64,000 bases of DNA from Okamejei kenojei (Eukaryota): contig CM069142.1 of NCBI GenBank assembly GCA_035221665.1, forward strand, positions 34,348,001 through 34,412,000, in the 5' to 3' direction. The stretch's first letter is position 1, and the number at the start of each line of letters is the position of its first letter. Of the stretch, positions 25,212 to 39,059 are shown in pieces. The notes under the pieces are model-generated. The model did no database searches. It was not told the DNA's origin and worked only from the letters and a program-made list of their open reading frames with translations. The position numbers were made by a program, and so were the translations under genes.

Positions 25212-26899
25212 ATATAGTTCAGTACAAGATAAGCATCTCAGATGCTGAGTCTGAAGGTTTGTCCTTTGCAATCGTCCTGAAGTGATTGTAGCGTTTGCTT
25301 GTTGATGGAGTTGCTGCTGTCAGTTCAGCAACATCGGGATGCTTTTATTGTCTATTGTGCTTATTTATCAGTGTCGTTTTTAACATTGCAGGGCCAGTGT
25401 GTAACTGATTACAGGCCACCCCAACTCTTCTGCTCTCTGTTTTACCAGATTAAGGTGTTTATTTTTAGAATTAATTCTCTCTTCAACCTTAGATGAATAC
25501 AAATAGTTCAGTTTTAGTTTTTTATTGTCAGGTGTACCGAGGTACAGTGAAATGCTTTTTTGTTGCGTGCTATCCAGTCAGCAGAAAGACTAAAGAAGTC
25601 TGAGGATAGGAGGCGGGGAGGATAGGAGGCGGGGAGGGAATAGAGGGATATGGATCATGTACAGGCAGAAGAGATCCGTTTAACTTGATTACTCGTGTTT
25701 AGCACAAACATTGTGGGCTGAATGGCCTCTTCATGTGCTGTACTGCTCTGTTCTAGTGTAATATGAAATGGAAACAGGCCCTTCGGCCCAACTCGTCCAT
25801 GCTCACCAAGATACCCCATCTAAGCTACTCCCATTTGCCCACAAATGGCCCATTCCCCTCTAATCGACCTGTCCAGCTGCCTTTTAAATGTTGATATAGC
25901 CCCTGCCTCAGCTAACTCCTCTAGCAACTTGTTCCATCTACCAACCACCCTCTGAGTGAAAAGGCTGCTCCTCGGGTTCCTATTAAATCTTTCCCCTCTT
26001 ACTTTAAACCCGTGTCCTCTGGTTCTTAACTCCTCTACTCTGTGCATCCACCCTATCTATCCCACCCATGATTTTATGCTCATATTCACTGATTGATAAT
26101 TACACAGCTCTTTAATCATGTAGACAATGGGATTTGTAACAAGGTTCAGAAATGAATGTGTGTATTTCAAGGAGAGGGGCAGTAAATCAATCCCTTCTCA
26201 CTTCTACAGAAGTGTGCTGTCTTCTTCCATGCCTGTATTTGTTATCAATGAATGCCTCTTATTTCGAGTACATAGAATTTCAACACTGCCTTCCAGACAA
26301 AGACTGTGTTTCACAACAGATATGGTCTTCAGTAATGTAATTTAGCTCCGGCTGGGGCACATGACTGGGGCAACCCATGTTCCCAAAAGGAATGTAGGAA
26401 GGAACTGCAGATGCTGGATTAACTCAGTGGATCTGGCAGCATCTCTGGAGAAAAATAATAGGTGGTGTTTCAGGTTGAAGAAGGGTCGCCGAATGAAATG
26501 TCACCTACTCCTTTTCTCCAGAGATGCTGCCTGACCTGCTGAGTTACTCCAGCATTTTGTGACAATCTTCCTGAAAGGAAGGATTTATATCACTTAAACC
26601 CAGGGGTGTTACTGTGGCATGTCTCAAACAGAAATGTTGCTATTGAGTTTGAGACTTTGGCCTTTTCTGGACTTTATCTGGCGTTAAAAGTTATTCCATT
26701 TATCCTGTATCTACACTGTGGATGGCTTGACTAACCTTAAATAGACACAAAATACTGGAGTAACTCAGTTGGACAGGCAGCATCTCTGGATAGAAGGAAT
26801 GGGTGATGTTTCGGGTCGAGACCCTTTTTCAGGGGGTCTTATCGTTACCCAGCCCCGCATGGCCCGGTTTTACCTTCACCATCTTCTGACTGTATCCTT

Positions 26900-27194
26900 C
26901 GTTTAGTTTAAAGATACAGCGTGAAAACATGCCCATTAGTCCACAGAGTGTGCGCCGACCCGCGATCCCCGCACACTAACACTCCTACACACTAGGGACA
27001 ATTTAACAGAAGCCAACTAACCTACAAACCTGTTCATCTTTGGAGTGTGGGAGGAAACGAAAGCTCCCGGAGAAAACCCACATGGTCAGAGGGAGAACAT
27101 ACAAACTCCATGCAGACAGCACCTGTAGTCAGGATCGAAGCAGGGTCTCTGGCGCTGTAAGGCAGCAGCTAAACCGATGCCCCACCGTGCCACC
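26900..27194 (-). mobile_element. HE1-type V-SINE (intron 1)
   Basis: Full head-core-tail. Other intron-1 copies at ~23725-23992(-), 28800-29088(-), 31567-31835(+), 35421-35592(+), 37825-38235(+), 44917-45185(+), 48355-48690(+). Confidence 0.88.
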
Positions 27195-29496
27195 CGACAT
27201 GTAAACGTGCATAGTTTTTCAGCGGACTGGATAGCACGCAACATAAAACTATACCTCGGTGCATGTGACAATAATAAACTAAACTGAAATAATGTCAGCT
27301 TTGACTTTCGAAGCCAGTGCGGTGTGAAAATGCTGTTTGGGTGACTCATCCCGAGGAACAAGAATTCCCCGAGATTGTTGCGTTTCACTTCAACAGTCTC
27401 AATCTCCACTTCAGCAACTCTGAATGTGCTTGCAGTCTGCGTGTTCGGTAACCACGGATGTCGCTGATATAACATTTGCCACAGAAATGTCCCCAAGCTC
27501 GGCCGAATGGAGAAGCTCACACCAAACCTTTTTTGTGCACCTCACCGTTGCCATGGCGCTGCCCTAAAAAAAGTTTTGAGGAAATTGGCAGCTGAGCCGT
27601 ATTGTAGGGAATTTGTATGGAGTCATGGTATGGTGTTACCAGTTGCATTTGTATGGGTTTAAGCTAGTTTTCACTCTTGCCATTGAAGTATGGTTTCACT
27701 GTGCTAATCACTCCCTTTTACCTTGCCCATGTGGTCATTGTTCATTTGTAACCCTACACGACAACAACAACATTCATTTTTATAGAATGGAATAAAAAAT
27801 GAACTGCAGAGGCTGGTTTACATGGTCTCATCTGACTATGACTATTTACATTTGACTATGTGAATTTTGGTCGACCAGGATAAAGTGCCACTGGATTTTG
27901 TCGACACTAAAACAGTGTTATATAAAAATGGACACAAAATACTGGAGTAACTTAGTGGGTCAGGCGGCATCTCTGGAGAACATGGATATGCAACATTTCA
28001 GGTTGGGTCTGACCTGCTGTTACTCCAGCATTTTGTGTCCATTTTAAAATCCAGTGACCCTTCATCATAGTTGGCCAAAAATGATATAAAGCCAAAGGTG
28101 AGAAGACCATCAGAAGCAGACGTGAGGAGATTTAGACTCTAGACTTTAGAGAGATAAAGCGTGGAAAAAGGTCCTTCAGTCCATTAAGTCTGTGCTGACC
28201 AGAGATTCCCAAACACTAGTTCAGACTAAGTCTAAAGAAGGCTCTCGACCCGAAGCATCACCCATTCCGTCTCTCCAGAGATGCTGCCTGAGTTGCTCCA
28301 GCATTTCTGTGTCCAGCTTTGATTTAGGTGAGACTGGTCCTTGATTATGCCAGTGGCCTTGCCAAGACAACATGAAGTGTATAGTGTGAAGTGTTGGCCC
28401 ACATCCCTCTAAATCTCTCCTATCCATGTACCTGTCCAAATATATTTTTAACATTGATCCATATAGCCACTATAACATTTGATGCATTTCTGTGTTTATT
28501 AAATATAGTTGATCTCCTCTGGGTGTCGTTAACTGGCTTTTTACTTTCAGTTTTGGATTTGGTGTCATGTTTTTTTCTGAATAATCTAAGAGTTAACCAT
28601 GACTGCCATTGTGTCAGTCTCTAATAACAAGCACAATCTGCTGGAGACCTGACACGTAGAACAGAAACCTCAAACAGTTATGGCACAAGGTGTTTCAGGC
28701 TGCAGGTTTTGTGCTGGCCTTTTTGAAGCTTGGCAGGGTCTGCATGCTGTTGAGATACAATTTCCATTTGGCTTTTTCATAGGCAAAATAACTTACTTCT
28801 TTAGACTTCAGAGATACAGTGTGGAAACAGGCCCTTCGGCCCACTGTGTCCATGCTGACCAGTGATCACTCCGCAAACTCACACTATCCAACACACTAGG
28901 GACAATTCATAATTTTACTGATCTAACTTTACAACCTTTGGAGTGTGGGAGGAAAATGGAGCTCCTAGAGAAATCCCATGCAGTCACAGGGAGAATGTAC
29001 GACCTCCGTGCAGACAGCACCAATAGTCAGGATCGAACCCGGGTGTCTGGCGCTGTAAGCGGCAACTCTTCTGCTGCGCCACTGTGCCTCCCTTGCTGTT
29101 CCTCAACCCGGTGGTCAGGGTCTTCAGACTCTTGTACCTTCTGCCCGATAGTAGGAGTGAAAAGTGAGAGTGTGGCCAGGGCGGTGTGGGTCTTTTATAA
29201 TGCTGCCTGCCTCCACATTTGTTAAATAACAAGCCGATAATAGACAAACAGATAAGCAATAGAACTGAAGTCAAGAGTGTTGAATTGTCATATGTATCAG
29301 AGAAAACAATGACATTCGTACTTGCTGCAGTTTAACAGGCCTATTAATACAGCAATACACATATAAATATATAATGATCATAATACAATAAATTAATAAT
29401 TACCCAATTCATTAAAGTGTCTTTCTTTAAATGTGAGTGAGTGAGTGAGTGACTTAAAGCGACGATGGCCTTGGAAATTAGTCACTGAAGGTTAAT

Positions 29497-30685
29497 ACAA
29501 CAGTGCATGCTTGACTAATCTTCTGGAATTTTTTGAGGATGTAATTAGGAAAATGGACAAGGGAGAGCCAGTGGATGTAGTGTTCTTGGACTTTAAGAAA
29601 GCATTTGACACGGTCCCACATAGGAGATTAGTGGGCAAAATTAGAGCACATGGTATTGGGGGTAGGGTACTGACATGGATAGAAAATTGGTTGGCAGACA
29701 GGAAACAAAGAGTAGGGATTAACGAGTCCGTTTCAGTGACTAGTGGGGTACCGCAAGGCTCGGTGCTGGGACCGCAGCTATTTACAATATACATTAATGA
29801 TTTAGATGAAGAGATTAAAAGTGACATTAGCAAATTTTCAGATGGGTGGCAGTGTAAACTGTGAGGAGGGTGCCATGAGGATGCAGGGTGACTTGGACTG
29901 GTTGGGTGAGTGGGCAGATGCAGTTTAATGTTGATAAATTTGAGGTTATCCACTTTGGTGGCAAAAACTGGAAGGCAGATTATTATCTGAATAGTGTCAA
30001 GTTAGGAAAAGGGGAAGTACAACGAGATCTGGGGGACCTTGTTCATTAGTCACCGAAAGTAAGTTTGCAGGTACAGCAGGTAATGAAGAAAGCGAATGGC
30101 TTCATAAAAAGAGAAGTTGAGTATAGGATCAGAGGGGTCCTTCTGCAGTTGCACGCAGCTGGAGTCTTGTGTGCAGTTTTGGTCTCCAAATTTGAGGAAG
30201 GACATTCTTGCTATTGAGGGAATGCAGCGTAGGTTCACAAGGGATGGCAGGACTGTCATTAATTGAGAGAATGGAGCGGCTGGGCTTGTATACTCTGGAA
30301 TTTAGAAGGATGAGAGTGATTCTCATTGAAACATATAAGATTATTAATGGATTGTCCACGCTAGAGGAAGGAAACATGTTCCCGATGTTGGGGGAGTCCA
30401 GAACTAGGGGCCACAGTTTAAGAATAAGGGGTAGGCCATTTGAATGGAGATGAAGAAAAACTTTTTCACCCAAAGAGTTATGAGTCTGTGGAATTCTCTG
30501 CCTCAGAAGGCAGCGGAGGCCAATTCTCTGGAAGAGAGAGTTAGATATCTCTTAAAGATGAGTCAGGGGATTTGGCGAGAAGGTAGGAACAGGGTACTGA
30601 TTGGGGATGATCAGCCATGATCACATTGAATGGCGGTGCTGGCTCGAAGGACTGGATGGCCTACTTCTGCACCTATTGTCTATGG
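29497..30685 (+). mobile_element. CR1 LINE fragment with degenerate reverse transcriptase and 3' UTR
   Basis: [49 protein letters not shown]; frameshifts and deletions; ends in CR1 3' UTR. Confidence 0.95.
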
Positions 30686-32089
30686 ACACAAGGAACTGTA
30701 GATGATGGAGTAACTCAGCAGGTCAGACAGTATCTCTAGAGGACGTGGTTAGGTGACATTTTGAGTCAGGAAGCTTCTTCAGAGTCTGACACGTGTAGGT
30801 ACAGCACAATTCAGAAGAACAGGGTCCTTTGCTGGATATCTTGCACAATGTACCTTCCCAAACCTCCTCAACTGAAAGGATGGATTAAAGTTATTTTGTT
30901 CCATTTCCATTGTCAGAATAATAATACTAAACTTTAAAGTCCTTTAGATAGACACAAACTGCTGATCAGGCAGCATCTCTACAGAAAAGGAATAGGTGAT
31001 GTTTCAGGTCGAGACCCTTCTTCAGACTGAGAGTCAGGGCACAGGGTAACTAGAAGGATGAAAAGGTATAAAGAACCAAAAAATGAAATTATGAAAAGAA
31101 CAAACCACTGTTCATACCCCCTTGATTATCATCTCTTCCACAGCCAACAATGAACCATTGTGGGCTCTGCCTTTCCTTGAACATCCTTTCTGGCCTTGAT
31201 TTGTACTTTTCATACCTTTAATTATTTTATTCTTTGTATCTTTTCATACCTTCAGTTTCCCTCTCCCCTCAGCCTGAAGAAGGGTCTCAACCCAAAACAG
31301 CACCTATTCCTTTCCTCCAGAGATGCTGTCGAGTTACTCCAGCATTTGGTGTCTATCTTCCATGCAAACCAGCACCTGCAGTTCCTTCCTACGCATTCAA
31401 AGTATTTTAATTGTGATGTGTGATGTGATAGCAGTATTTGCTCATGACACTCGATACGTATTCCAGTCGATTTATATTTTGGTTTGCGTTTTGGTTTTGT
31501 TTTGATTCATGAATTTGACTTGGATGAATGGAGTGAAATCTTTCTGGGAAATACGTGTAAACATTGGCACGGTGGCCCGGTGACGCATTGGTAGAGTTGC
31601 TGCCTCACAGCGCCACAGAGCCGGGTTTGATCCTGACACAGGTGTTGTCTATGCAGAGTTTGGGTTTCCTGCCACGCTCCAAATATATGTACAGGTTTTT
31701 AGGTCAATAGGGTTTTGGTAAAAAATTGTAAGTTGTCCCTAGTGTGTTGAATAGTAGTAGTGTGCAAGGTGATCACTGGTTGGTGTAGACCCAGTGGGCT
31801 GAAGGGCCTGTTACTGTTTTGGATATCTAAAGTAAACATCAAGAACATGGACCAGTACAGCCCTTTGGCTCATAATGACTGCTGAACATGATGCCAAGAC
31901 CAACTCTTATCTGCCTGCGCAAAATCCATGTCCCTCCTTTCATGTGCAGGGGTGAATACATTTACCACTTTGCATAGATGCTGGAAAAAAAACTGAAAGG
32001 CTAACATGAAACAATTTGCGTTCTGCTTATTAATTTTGCCAATCTTGCCTCCCACATGTGAAGACGAGTTCCTTCACCGATCCATGTTT

Positions 32090-32430
32090 GCCTTCCGCAG
32101 TAAAGTCTGATCAAAGATAGCCTGAGGGTCTCCAATGAGGTAGATAGTAGCTCAGGACCGCTCTCTAGTTGGTGATAGGCTGGTTCAGTCGCCTGATAAC
32201 AGCAGGGAAAGAAACTGTCCCTGACTCTGAGGGTGTGTGTTTTCACACTTCTGTACCTCTTGCCTGAGGATAGGGTAGAAGGCTAGTGGCCGGGGTGAGA
32301 CTGGTCTTTGATTATGCTGGTGGCCTTGTAAAGTGTAAATGGAACCAATGCATGTTTGTGTGATGGTCTGGGCTGCGTCCACAATTCTCTGCAATTTCTT
32401 GTGGTCTTGGATGGAGCTGTTCCCAAACCA
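32090..32430 (-). mobile_element. Rex1/Babar-type LINE 3' fragment
   Basis: QRIVDAAQTITQT..KTHTLRVRDSFFP motif. Related 3' UTR/tail pieces at ~4860-5125, 16660-16925, 29095-29210 (SGRRYKSLKTLTTGLRNS), 57700-58015. Confidence 0.7.
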
Positions 32431-33714
32431 CGTTCTTCCATTTGTGTGTTTTGTGTGCCGTCATTGACAGCAGAATTATTTGACCAAGCATCTTGGCAAT
32501 ACTGTTCCAGTTGGGAGGCTCACCAGCGCATTTCTTTCTACCATGCATGTTGCAATGCCTGCCATTGTCATGGGAGTTCTGTGGAAACAATGCACGAGAA
32601 GAATGGGTTGAGAATGTTGGAATATGAATTCAGCTACTCAATCATAGTTTGCCTTTAATTGTGGAAAGAAAGAACTGCCAATGCTGGCTTACAAAAAAAA
32701 GACAAATTGCTCAATGGGTATGGCAGAATTTCTGGAAAACATGGGTCGATGACCTTTCAAGTTAGACCCTTCATCAGTCTGATGAACAATCCCGACCTAA
32801 AACATCACCTACCCATGTTCTACTGAGATGCTGCCTGAGTTACCACAACATTTGTGCCTTGAATTGTACTCTGATTCGTGTTCCCACCATCTTTGCCATA
32901 ATTCCTTGATTTATTTTACCCAATTTAAAAACATTGTTCAGTTTTCAATTGCCTAATTGGCTCTTAATCTTTCAGTTGAGAAGAAATTCCCATCGTTGTT
33001 CCTTGTTCCAAAGCAGTTAGTCAGACCCCCCATGTTGAATTGCAGCTCCCCTGGTTTAATATGCTCAGTTTGTCTATCTTGTTCTTCTAACCTTCTGATC
33101 CATTAAACATTACCATGTCTCCTAATTCAGCAGCCATTTCAAACCGTTGTGCAACTCTACTATCTGTTTGAGAGCTACATTAAACATTTCTTGCAAACTA
33201 CTTATGATGCTCGCCTGTGAGAGAATAGACCCTTTATCCATGTTGTCTCCGGCTTGTCTATTCATGACTGAAGCACGTCACACAGGCTGCCTGCAATTCT
33301 CTGCACTCTTGCCGTTAGTATGCAAAAGGACATACGGTTTTGAATCAGTAGTAAGGAAGACAAATGCAATGCTAGCATTTATTTCTGGAGGACTTGAATA
33401 TAAAATGTAATGCTGAGGCTTTATATGGCTCTGGTCAGACCGCATTTGAAGCATTGTGAGCAGTTTTGGGCTCCATATCTGAGGAAGGATGTTCTGCCGC
33501 TGGAGAGAGCCCAGAGGAGGTTTACGAGAATGATCCGAGGGATGATTGGTTTAACCTATGATAACCGTTTGACAGTCCTGGGCCTGTACTCGCTGGAGTT
33601 TAGGAGGATGAGGGGGGACCTCATTGCAACATACCGAATAGTGAAAGACCTGGATAGGGTGGATGCGGGGAGGATGTTTCCACCAGTAGGAGAGTCCAGG
33701 ACCTTAGGCTAGCG

Positions 33715-34125
33715 CAGGGGTCGGCAACCTACGGCCCCTGGGCCGAATGCGGCCTGTAACCTGAACGCATCCGGCCTGCAGATTTTTTCCCCCATAATCA
33801 TCCGGCCCGCCGAGCTCTGGCTGTACCGCATCCTGCGCAAAGCCACCAGCACGGCGCGCACCTTCTGTGAACACGTTTAAGAACTGCAGATGCTGGAAAA
33901 ATCTAAGATAGACAAAAATGCTGGAGACACTCAGCGGGTGAGACATGCAAGGATTGCATGAGGCTGCCTCACCCGCTGAGTTTCCTCAGCATTTTTGTCT
34001 ACCTTCTGTGAACACGTGATTGACAGTCGGGGTGGGATCCATGTGTACACGTGATAGATGTGGCCCGCCATCCGCACACAGACATGCGTCCCGGCCCCTA
34101 TGCAGAACAAGGCTGCCGACCCCTG
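33715..34125. mobile_element. hAT (Charlie-like) non-autonomous element
   Basis: 16-bp TIRs CAGGGGTCGGCAACCT ... AGGCTGCCGACCCCTG (1 mismatch); decayed 8-bp flanks ggctagcg/ggttatag. Confidence 0.8.
33877..34000. mobile_element. Penelope-terminus-derived foldback insertion
   Basis: Two inverted copies of the gacaaaaatgctggag..ctcagcgggtgag segment, flanked by a 17-bp direct repeat accttctgtgaacacgt (33860-33876, 34001-34017). Confidence 0.8.
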
Positions 34126-37100
34126 GGTTATAGCTTCAGAATAAAAGGACGCATCTTTAGGAAGAAAATGGGGAATTTTCTTCAATCAGAGGATGGTGAA
34201 TCTGTGGAATTCATTTCCACAGACAGCTGTGGAGGACGTCAATTAATATTTTTAAGGGAGAGATTGACGCGGGTTCTCGATTACGATACGATAAAACTTT
34301 ATTCATCCCCGGAGGGTAATTGGTCTGCCAACAGTCACAACACATAAAGTACATGAAAACTTGAAATTAAACGTGAAAACAAAAAGAAAAAGACAAGCGA
34401 CTGTTGGCCGGTGGCCGTGTGCACAGCGCCTTCACCGGAACAAATGAACAAACAAACTAACACAGACTTATCTGCTGGGCAAAGGATTCCAAACTAGTCG
34501 TCACGGCTGTACCCCCACGCCGGGTCCCCATTGTCACTCCCTCCTCCCCTCGCCCATAAGACAAGAACACAGAACACACCCCCCTCCCCTGTAATATGGG
34601 GGCTACGGATATTCGTAGTGTCATACTGTGTGGAAGCAGGCCCTTCGGCCCAACTTGCCCACACAGACAAACATGCCCAACTACACTAGTCCCATCTGCC
34701 TGTGTTTGGCACATATTCCTCTAAACCTATCCTATCTATGTATCTGTCTGAATGTTTCTTAAACATTGTGAAATGCCTGCCTCATCCACCTCCCCTGGCA
34801 GCTCGTTCCATACACCTACCACCCTCTGTGTAAAAAAAAGTAGCCCAGACGGTTCCTATTAGATCTATCTTCTCTCCTCACCTTAAACTGATCGATCCCC
34901 CCTGCTCTGGGTAAAAGACTGTGCATTCACCCAATCACCCTTCAGCCTCCTTCAACAATACACAGCAAAGCAAATTGTTTTTCTTTCATTCAGAGCTTTA
35001 ATTAAATGCATTTCGGGCACATTTTTTGTAGGAAAGCTCTTTCAGTCACGGAAGAGGAAAATCTCAGAACTTTCCTTGAAACTAAATGTAAATAGGGGGA
35101 TAATTTAATGTGCCTTAATATTGATGACGCTTTTTGACTGGAACCAAAGGATTAGTGGTTCAGCTGCAGCTTTGGGAATTGTGAAAGATGTTGGGAAAGT
35201 CAATGACTATTCCCAGCACTTGGTGGAATAGCAGAATGGGAACATGTGTTTAGGATTATCGCCGGACCATGGATAGGGATAAAGGGGTTATTACGACTTA
35301 GAATTTGCGGTAAAGCAAATGACTGTTGAGAAAAACTTTTGAAAAATTTGCTGACTACTTTAAATTAGAAAATTGAAGAATATTGTTAAAGAAATATACA
35401 GGAATATAGAGATGGAGAGAACAGTAGAGCTGCTGCCTCACAGCGCCGGAGACCCGGGTTCGATTCTGACTTCAGCTGTCTGTGTGTGGAGTTTGCACGT
35501 TCTCCCTGTGACCGCGTGGGTTTCCTCCGGGTGCTCCGGTTTTGTCCCACATCCCAAAGACGTGCAGGTTTGTAGGTTAATTGGCTTCTGTAAACATATC
35601 TATCCAGACAAAAGAAAGACTTCACATGATTAAAATCAAGTCATCCACAGATGCCAAGTTAAACTGATCTTCCCTGCCTGCACATAAACCACAATCCTCC
35701 ATTCCCTACATATCCATCTGCCTATCTAAAAGCCTCTTAAATGCCACTGTCATATCTGCCTCCACCACCACCCCTGGCAGCGTATTCCAGGCCCCCACCA
35801 CTGTCTATAGTAAACAAAACATGTGCACATATCCTTCAGCGTTGCCCGTCTGACAGTAAAACTATGTCCTCTAGTATTTGATATTTCTACCCTGGGGTAA
35901 AAGGTTCCGACTGTCTACCCTATCTATGCCTCATAATTTAAAATATTTAAAAATAAATATCTTGACTGAAGTGACGAGTAACTGAGCTCGATGGATCTAC
36001 ACTTCATCTTCTGCCACCGCCATTGTATGATTTTTTTTTTTACCATTCTTGTGTTAAGCCTGCATTTAGTATTGAGTTTATTATATTCCACCCTGTGCCA
36101 ATGTTCTTGAGTTTTGAAAATAGTATTAATAAATCTTTCTACTTCATGAACTTAACAAGCAAACCACATTCTCCCTGTGACCATGTGGGTTTTCTCTGGG
36201 CACTCTGTTTTCTTTGCACTTTCCAAAGATTTTTCCACAGGTTTGTAGGCTAATTGGCTTCTGGAAATTGTTCCTAGAGTGTAGGATAGAACGAGTGTAC
36301 AGGAAATCAATGGCCGGAGTGGACTCTGGGCCTATTTCCACTAAGCTAATTTGGCCTGGATAGAGTGAATGTGGAGAGGATGTTTCCACTAGTGGGAGAG
36401 TCTAGTACCAGAAGTCATAGCCTCAGAATAAAGGGAAGTTCCGTTAGGAAGGAGATGAGGAGGTATTTCTTTAGTCGGAGGGTGGTGAATCTGTGAAATT
36501 TGTTGTCACAGAAGGCGGAGGAGGTCGTCAATGGATATTTTTAAGGCAGAGATAGATAAATTATTGATTAGTACGGGTGTCGGGGGTTATGGAGAGAAGG
36601 CAGGAGAATGGGGTTAAGAGGGGAAGATAGATCAGCCATGATTGAATGGCGGAGTAGACTTGATAGGCCGAATGGCCTAATTCCACTCCTACCATTTATG
36701 AACTTATTATGAAAAGGTCATAAAGTGCTGGAGTTACTCAGCGGCTCAGACTACATCTCTGGAGAACATAGATGGGTCACGTCTCGTCTGAAGAAGGGTC
36801 CTAACCTGAGATGTGTTCTCCAGAGATGCTGTCTGACCTGCTGAGTTACATCAGCACTTTGTGTGTTTTGTAAATTCACTGCAGGCGGCCTCATTTGTGC
36901 TTATTAGCATTAGGTGGGGCAGTGAAATTGGGAGCGGTTGTTAGGAAGTTGCAGAATCAACAAGATTTATTAAGAAGCTGAAAGAGAAGGCAAGGAATAG
37001 TGGAAGTCCAGAAGAATGGAAACATTTTAGAAGCCGGAAAAAGATGACTTAAGAGAGTGGGGGTAGAGTGTATTAGGAGAAAGTATATTAGCAAGAAATA

Positions 37101-37171
37101 TCAAAACTGCAAATACAATCTTTCACGTGAACCGAAAGATAAAGTTGTTAATGGGAAATGGCAGGGATTTA

Positions 37172-37501
37172 AACCCCTGTCCCATGGTACGAGTTCATTC
37201 AAGAGTTCTCCCGAGTTTGCCCTGATTCGAACTCGGAGATTTACGGTAGTGGCCACTCGTCGGTACTCGGGGCTCTCGTAGACATTTTTCAACATGTTGA
37301 AAAATCTTCACGAGTCTTCCTGTGCTTACCTGCCATTAGCGAGTCTTCCCAAGTACCTGCCGTTAGCGGTATGAGCCGCTAAGAGACGTCCCCAAGCTCC
37401 GACGTACCCGCTACGTTCATACTCCGTGCTTACCACGAGTTTGATTTTTTTTTTAACTCGGGAGAGCTCTTGGAATGAACTTGCACCGTGGGACAGGGCT
37501 A
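37172..37501. mobile_element. PIF/Harbinger-type MITE
   Basis: ~45-bp TIRs (ccctgtcccatggtacgagttcattc..cccgagtt / aactcggg..gtgggacaggg); TTA on both sides (37169-37171, 37502-37504); internal 22-bp palindrome atttttcaacatgttgaaaaat 37284-37305. Confidence 0.85.
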
Positions 37502-38674
37502 TTATTTTGCTTTCACTTTCATCAAGATTTCAATGCTGTTCCTTGCACCTGCAAAAGATATGAGTTTTGGTTCAGGACCCGTCTTTGTGCTTCTTCAGGG
37601 TCTGAAGAAGGTTCCTGACCAGAAACATCACCTGTACACTCCCTGCCCCGATGCTGCCTGACCTCCTGAGTTCCTCCAGCACTTTGTGTTTTTGCACTTG
37701 GCAATGACTGGTCCCTCCCTCTTTGGGCAATTTGCCCCGGTAAAATGCAAATTGCCCCCTGCACATTACAAATGAACCACTTTTTAGACATAATGAAGTT
37801 TACTTTGCTAAAGAAGCACATCTGGTAGAGCTGCTTCCTCACAGTACTGTAGACTCGGGTTCCATCCTGATCGCAGGTGCTGCCTGTGTTAAGTTTGCAC
37901 GTTCTGCCTGTGACCGTGTGGGTTTCCTCCGGTCCTCCGGGTGCTCCAATTTCCTCCCACAGGGCGTCAGGGATTACAGGGGAAAGGCAGGAGAATGGGG
38001 TTGGAAAGATAGATCAGCCATGATTGAATGGCGGAATAGACTTAATGGGCCAAATGGCCTAATTCTGCTCCGATAACTTATGAACTTATGATATGCGGGT
38101 TTGTAGGTTAATTGGCCCTCTGTAAATTGTCCCCTAGTGTGTAGGAAGTGGATGAGAAAGTGGGATAACATAGAATTAGTGTGAACGGGTGATCAATGAT
38201 CGGCATGGACTTGATGGGCCAAAGGGGCTGTTTCCATGATGTATTAATGAAGTCAAAGTAGTTTCTCTCAGTAGGGGCTCCTCTGTGTGGTCTTATTTGG
38301 GAAAGATGATATTGTTATCCTGGCAGTTCTGGGGCTACCAGTTGTCATCAGATTGTTCTGCCCCAGGTGCAGGCTGTCTTTTTCTTCCTGACGCTTAAAG
38401 AAAAAGAAAGTTGGCTGAAAAGACGACTAATAGGTTTTGCCTGTGCATGCAGATGTGCAAGGTGTGTTTTCATGCTGTGGCATGTGTGTGGTTTCCATCT
38501 CACCTGTGGTCTGATGCGGAAATAGTAAAATGGGAACAGGTTGTGGTTAATGGTGCACTTACAGCAGCATGGAGATAGCTTCCCCATGCAGGTCTGATGC
38601 AGCACCTCTCCCTTTCTGAAGCCATCTGCCAATCTATCGAAAATACACAGAATGCTGGATGGAGGTCAGGCAGC

Positions 38675-39047
38675 ATAGAAACATAGAAAATAGGTGCAGG
38701 AGGAGGCCATTCGGCCCTTCGAGCCAGCACTGCCATTCATTGTGATCATGGATGATCGTCCAAATCAATAACCCGTGCCTGCCTTCTCCCCATATCCCTT
38801 GATTCCACTAGCCCCTAGAACTCTATCTAACTCTCTCTTAAATCCATCCAGTGATTTGGCCTCCACTGCCCTCTGTGGCAGGGAATTCCACAAATTCACA
38901 ACTCTCTGGGTAAAAAAGTTTTTTCTCACCTCGGTCTTAAATGGCCTCCCCTTTATTCTAAGACTGTGGCCCCTGGTTCTGGAGTTGCCCAACATTGGGA
39001 TCATTTTTCCTGCATCTAGCTTGTCCAGTCCTTTTATAATTTTATAT
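38675..39047 (-). mobile_element. CR1 LINE 3' fragment
   Basis: TYKIIKGLDKLDAGKM..RTRGHSLRIKG..RKNFFTQRVVNLWNSLP plus 3' UTR and tail. Confidence 0.93.
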
Positions 39048-39059
39048 GTAAATATGTTA

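Larger units (their letters stand above)
33340..34280 (+). mobile_element. CR1 LINE fragment interrupted by a hAT MITE
   Basis: [52 protein letters not shown]; resumes after 34125. Confidence 0.92.
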
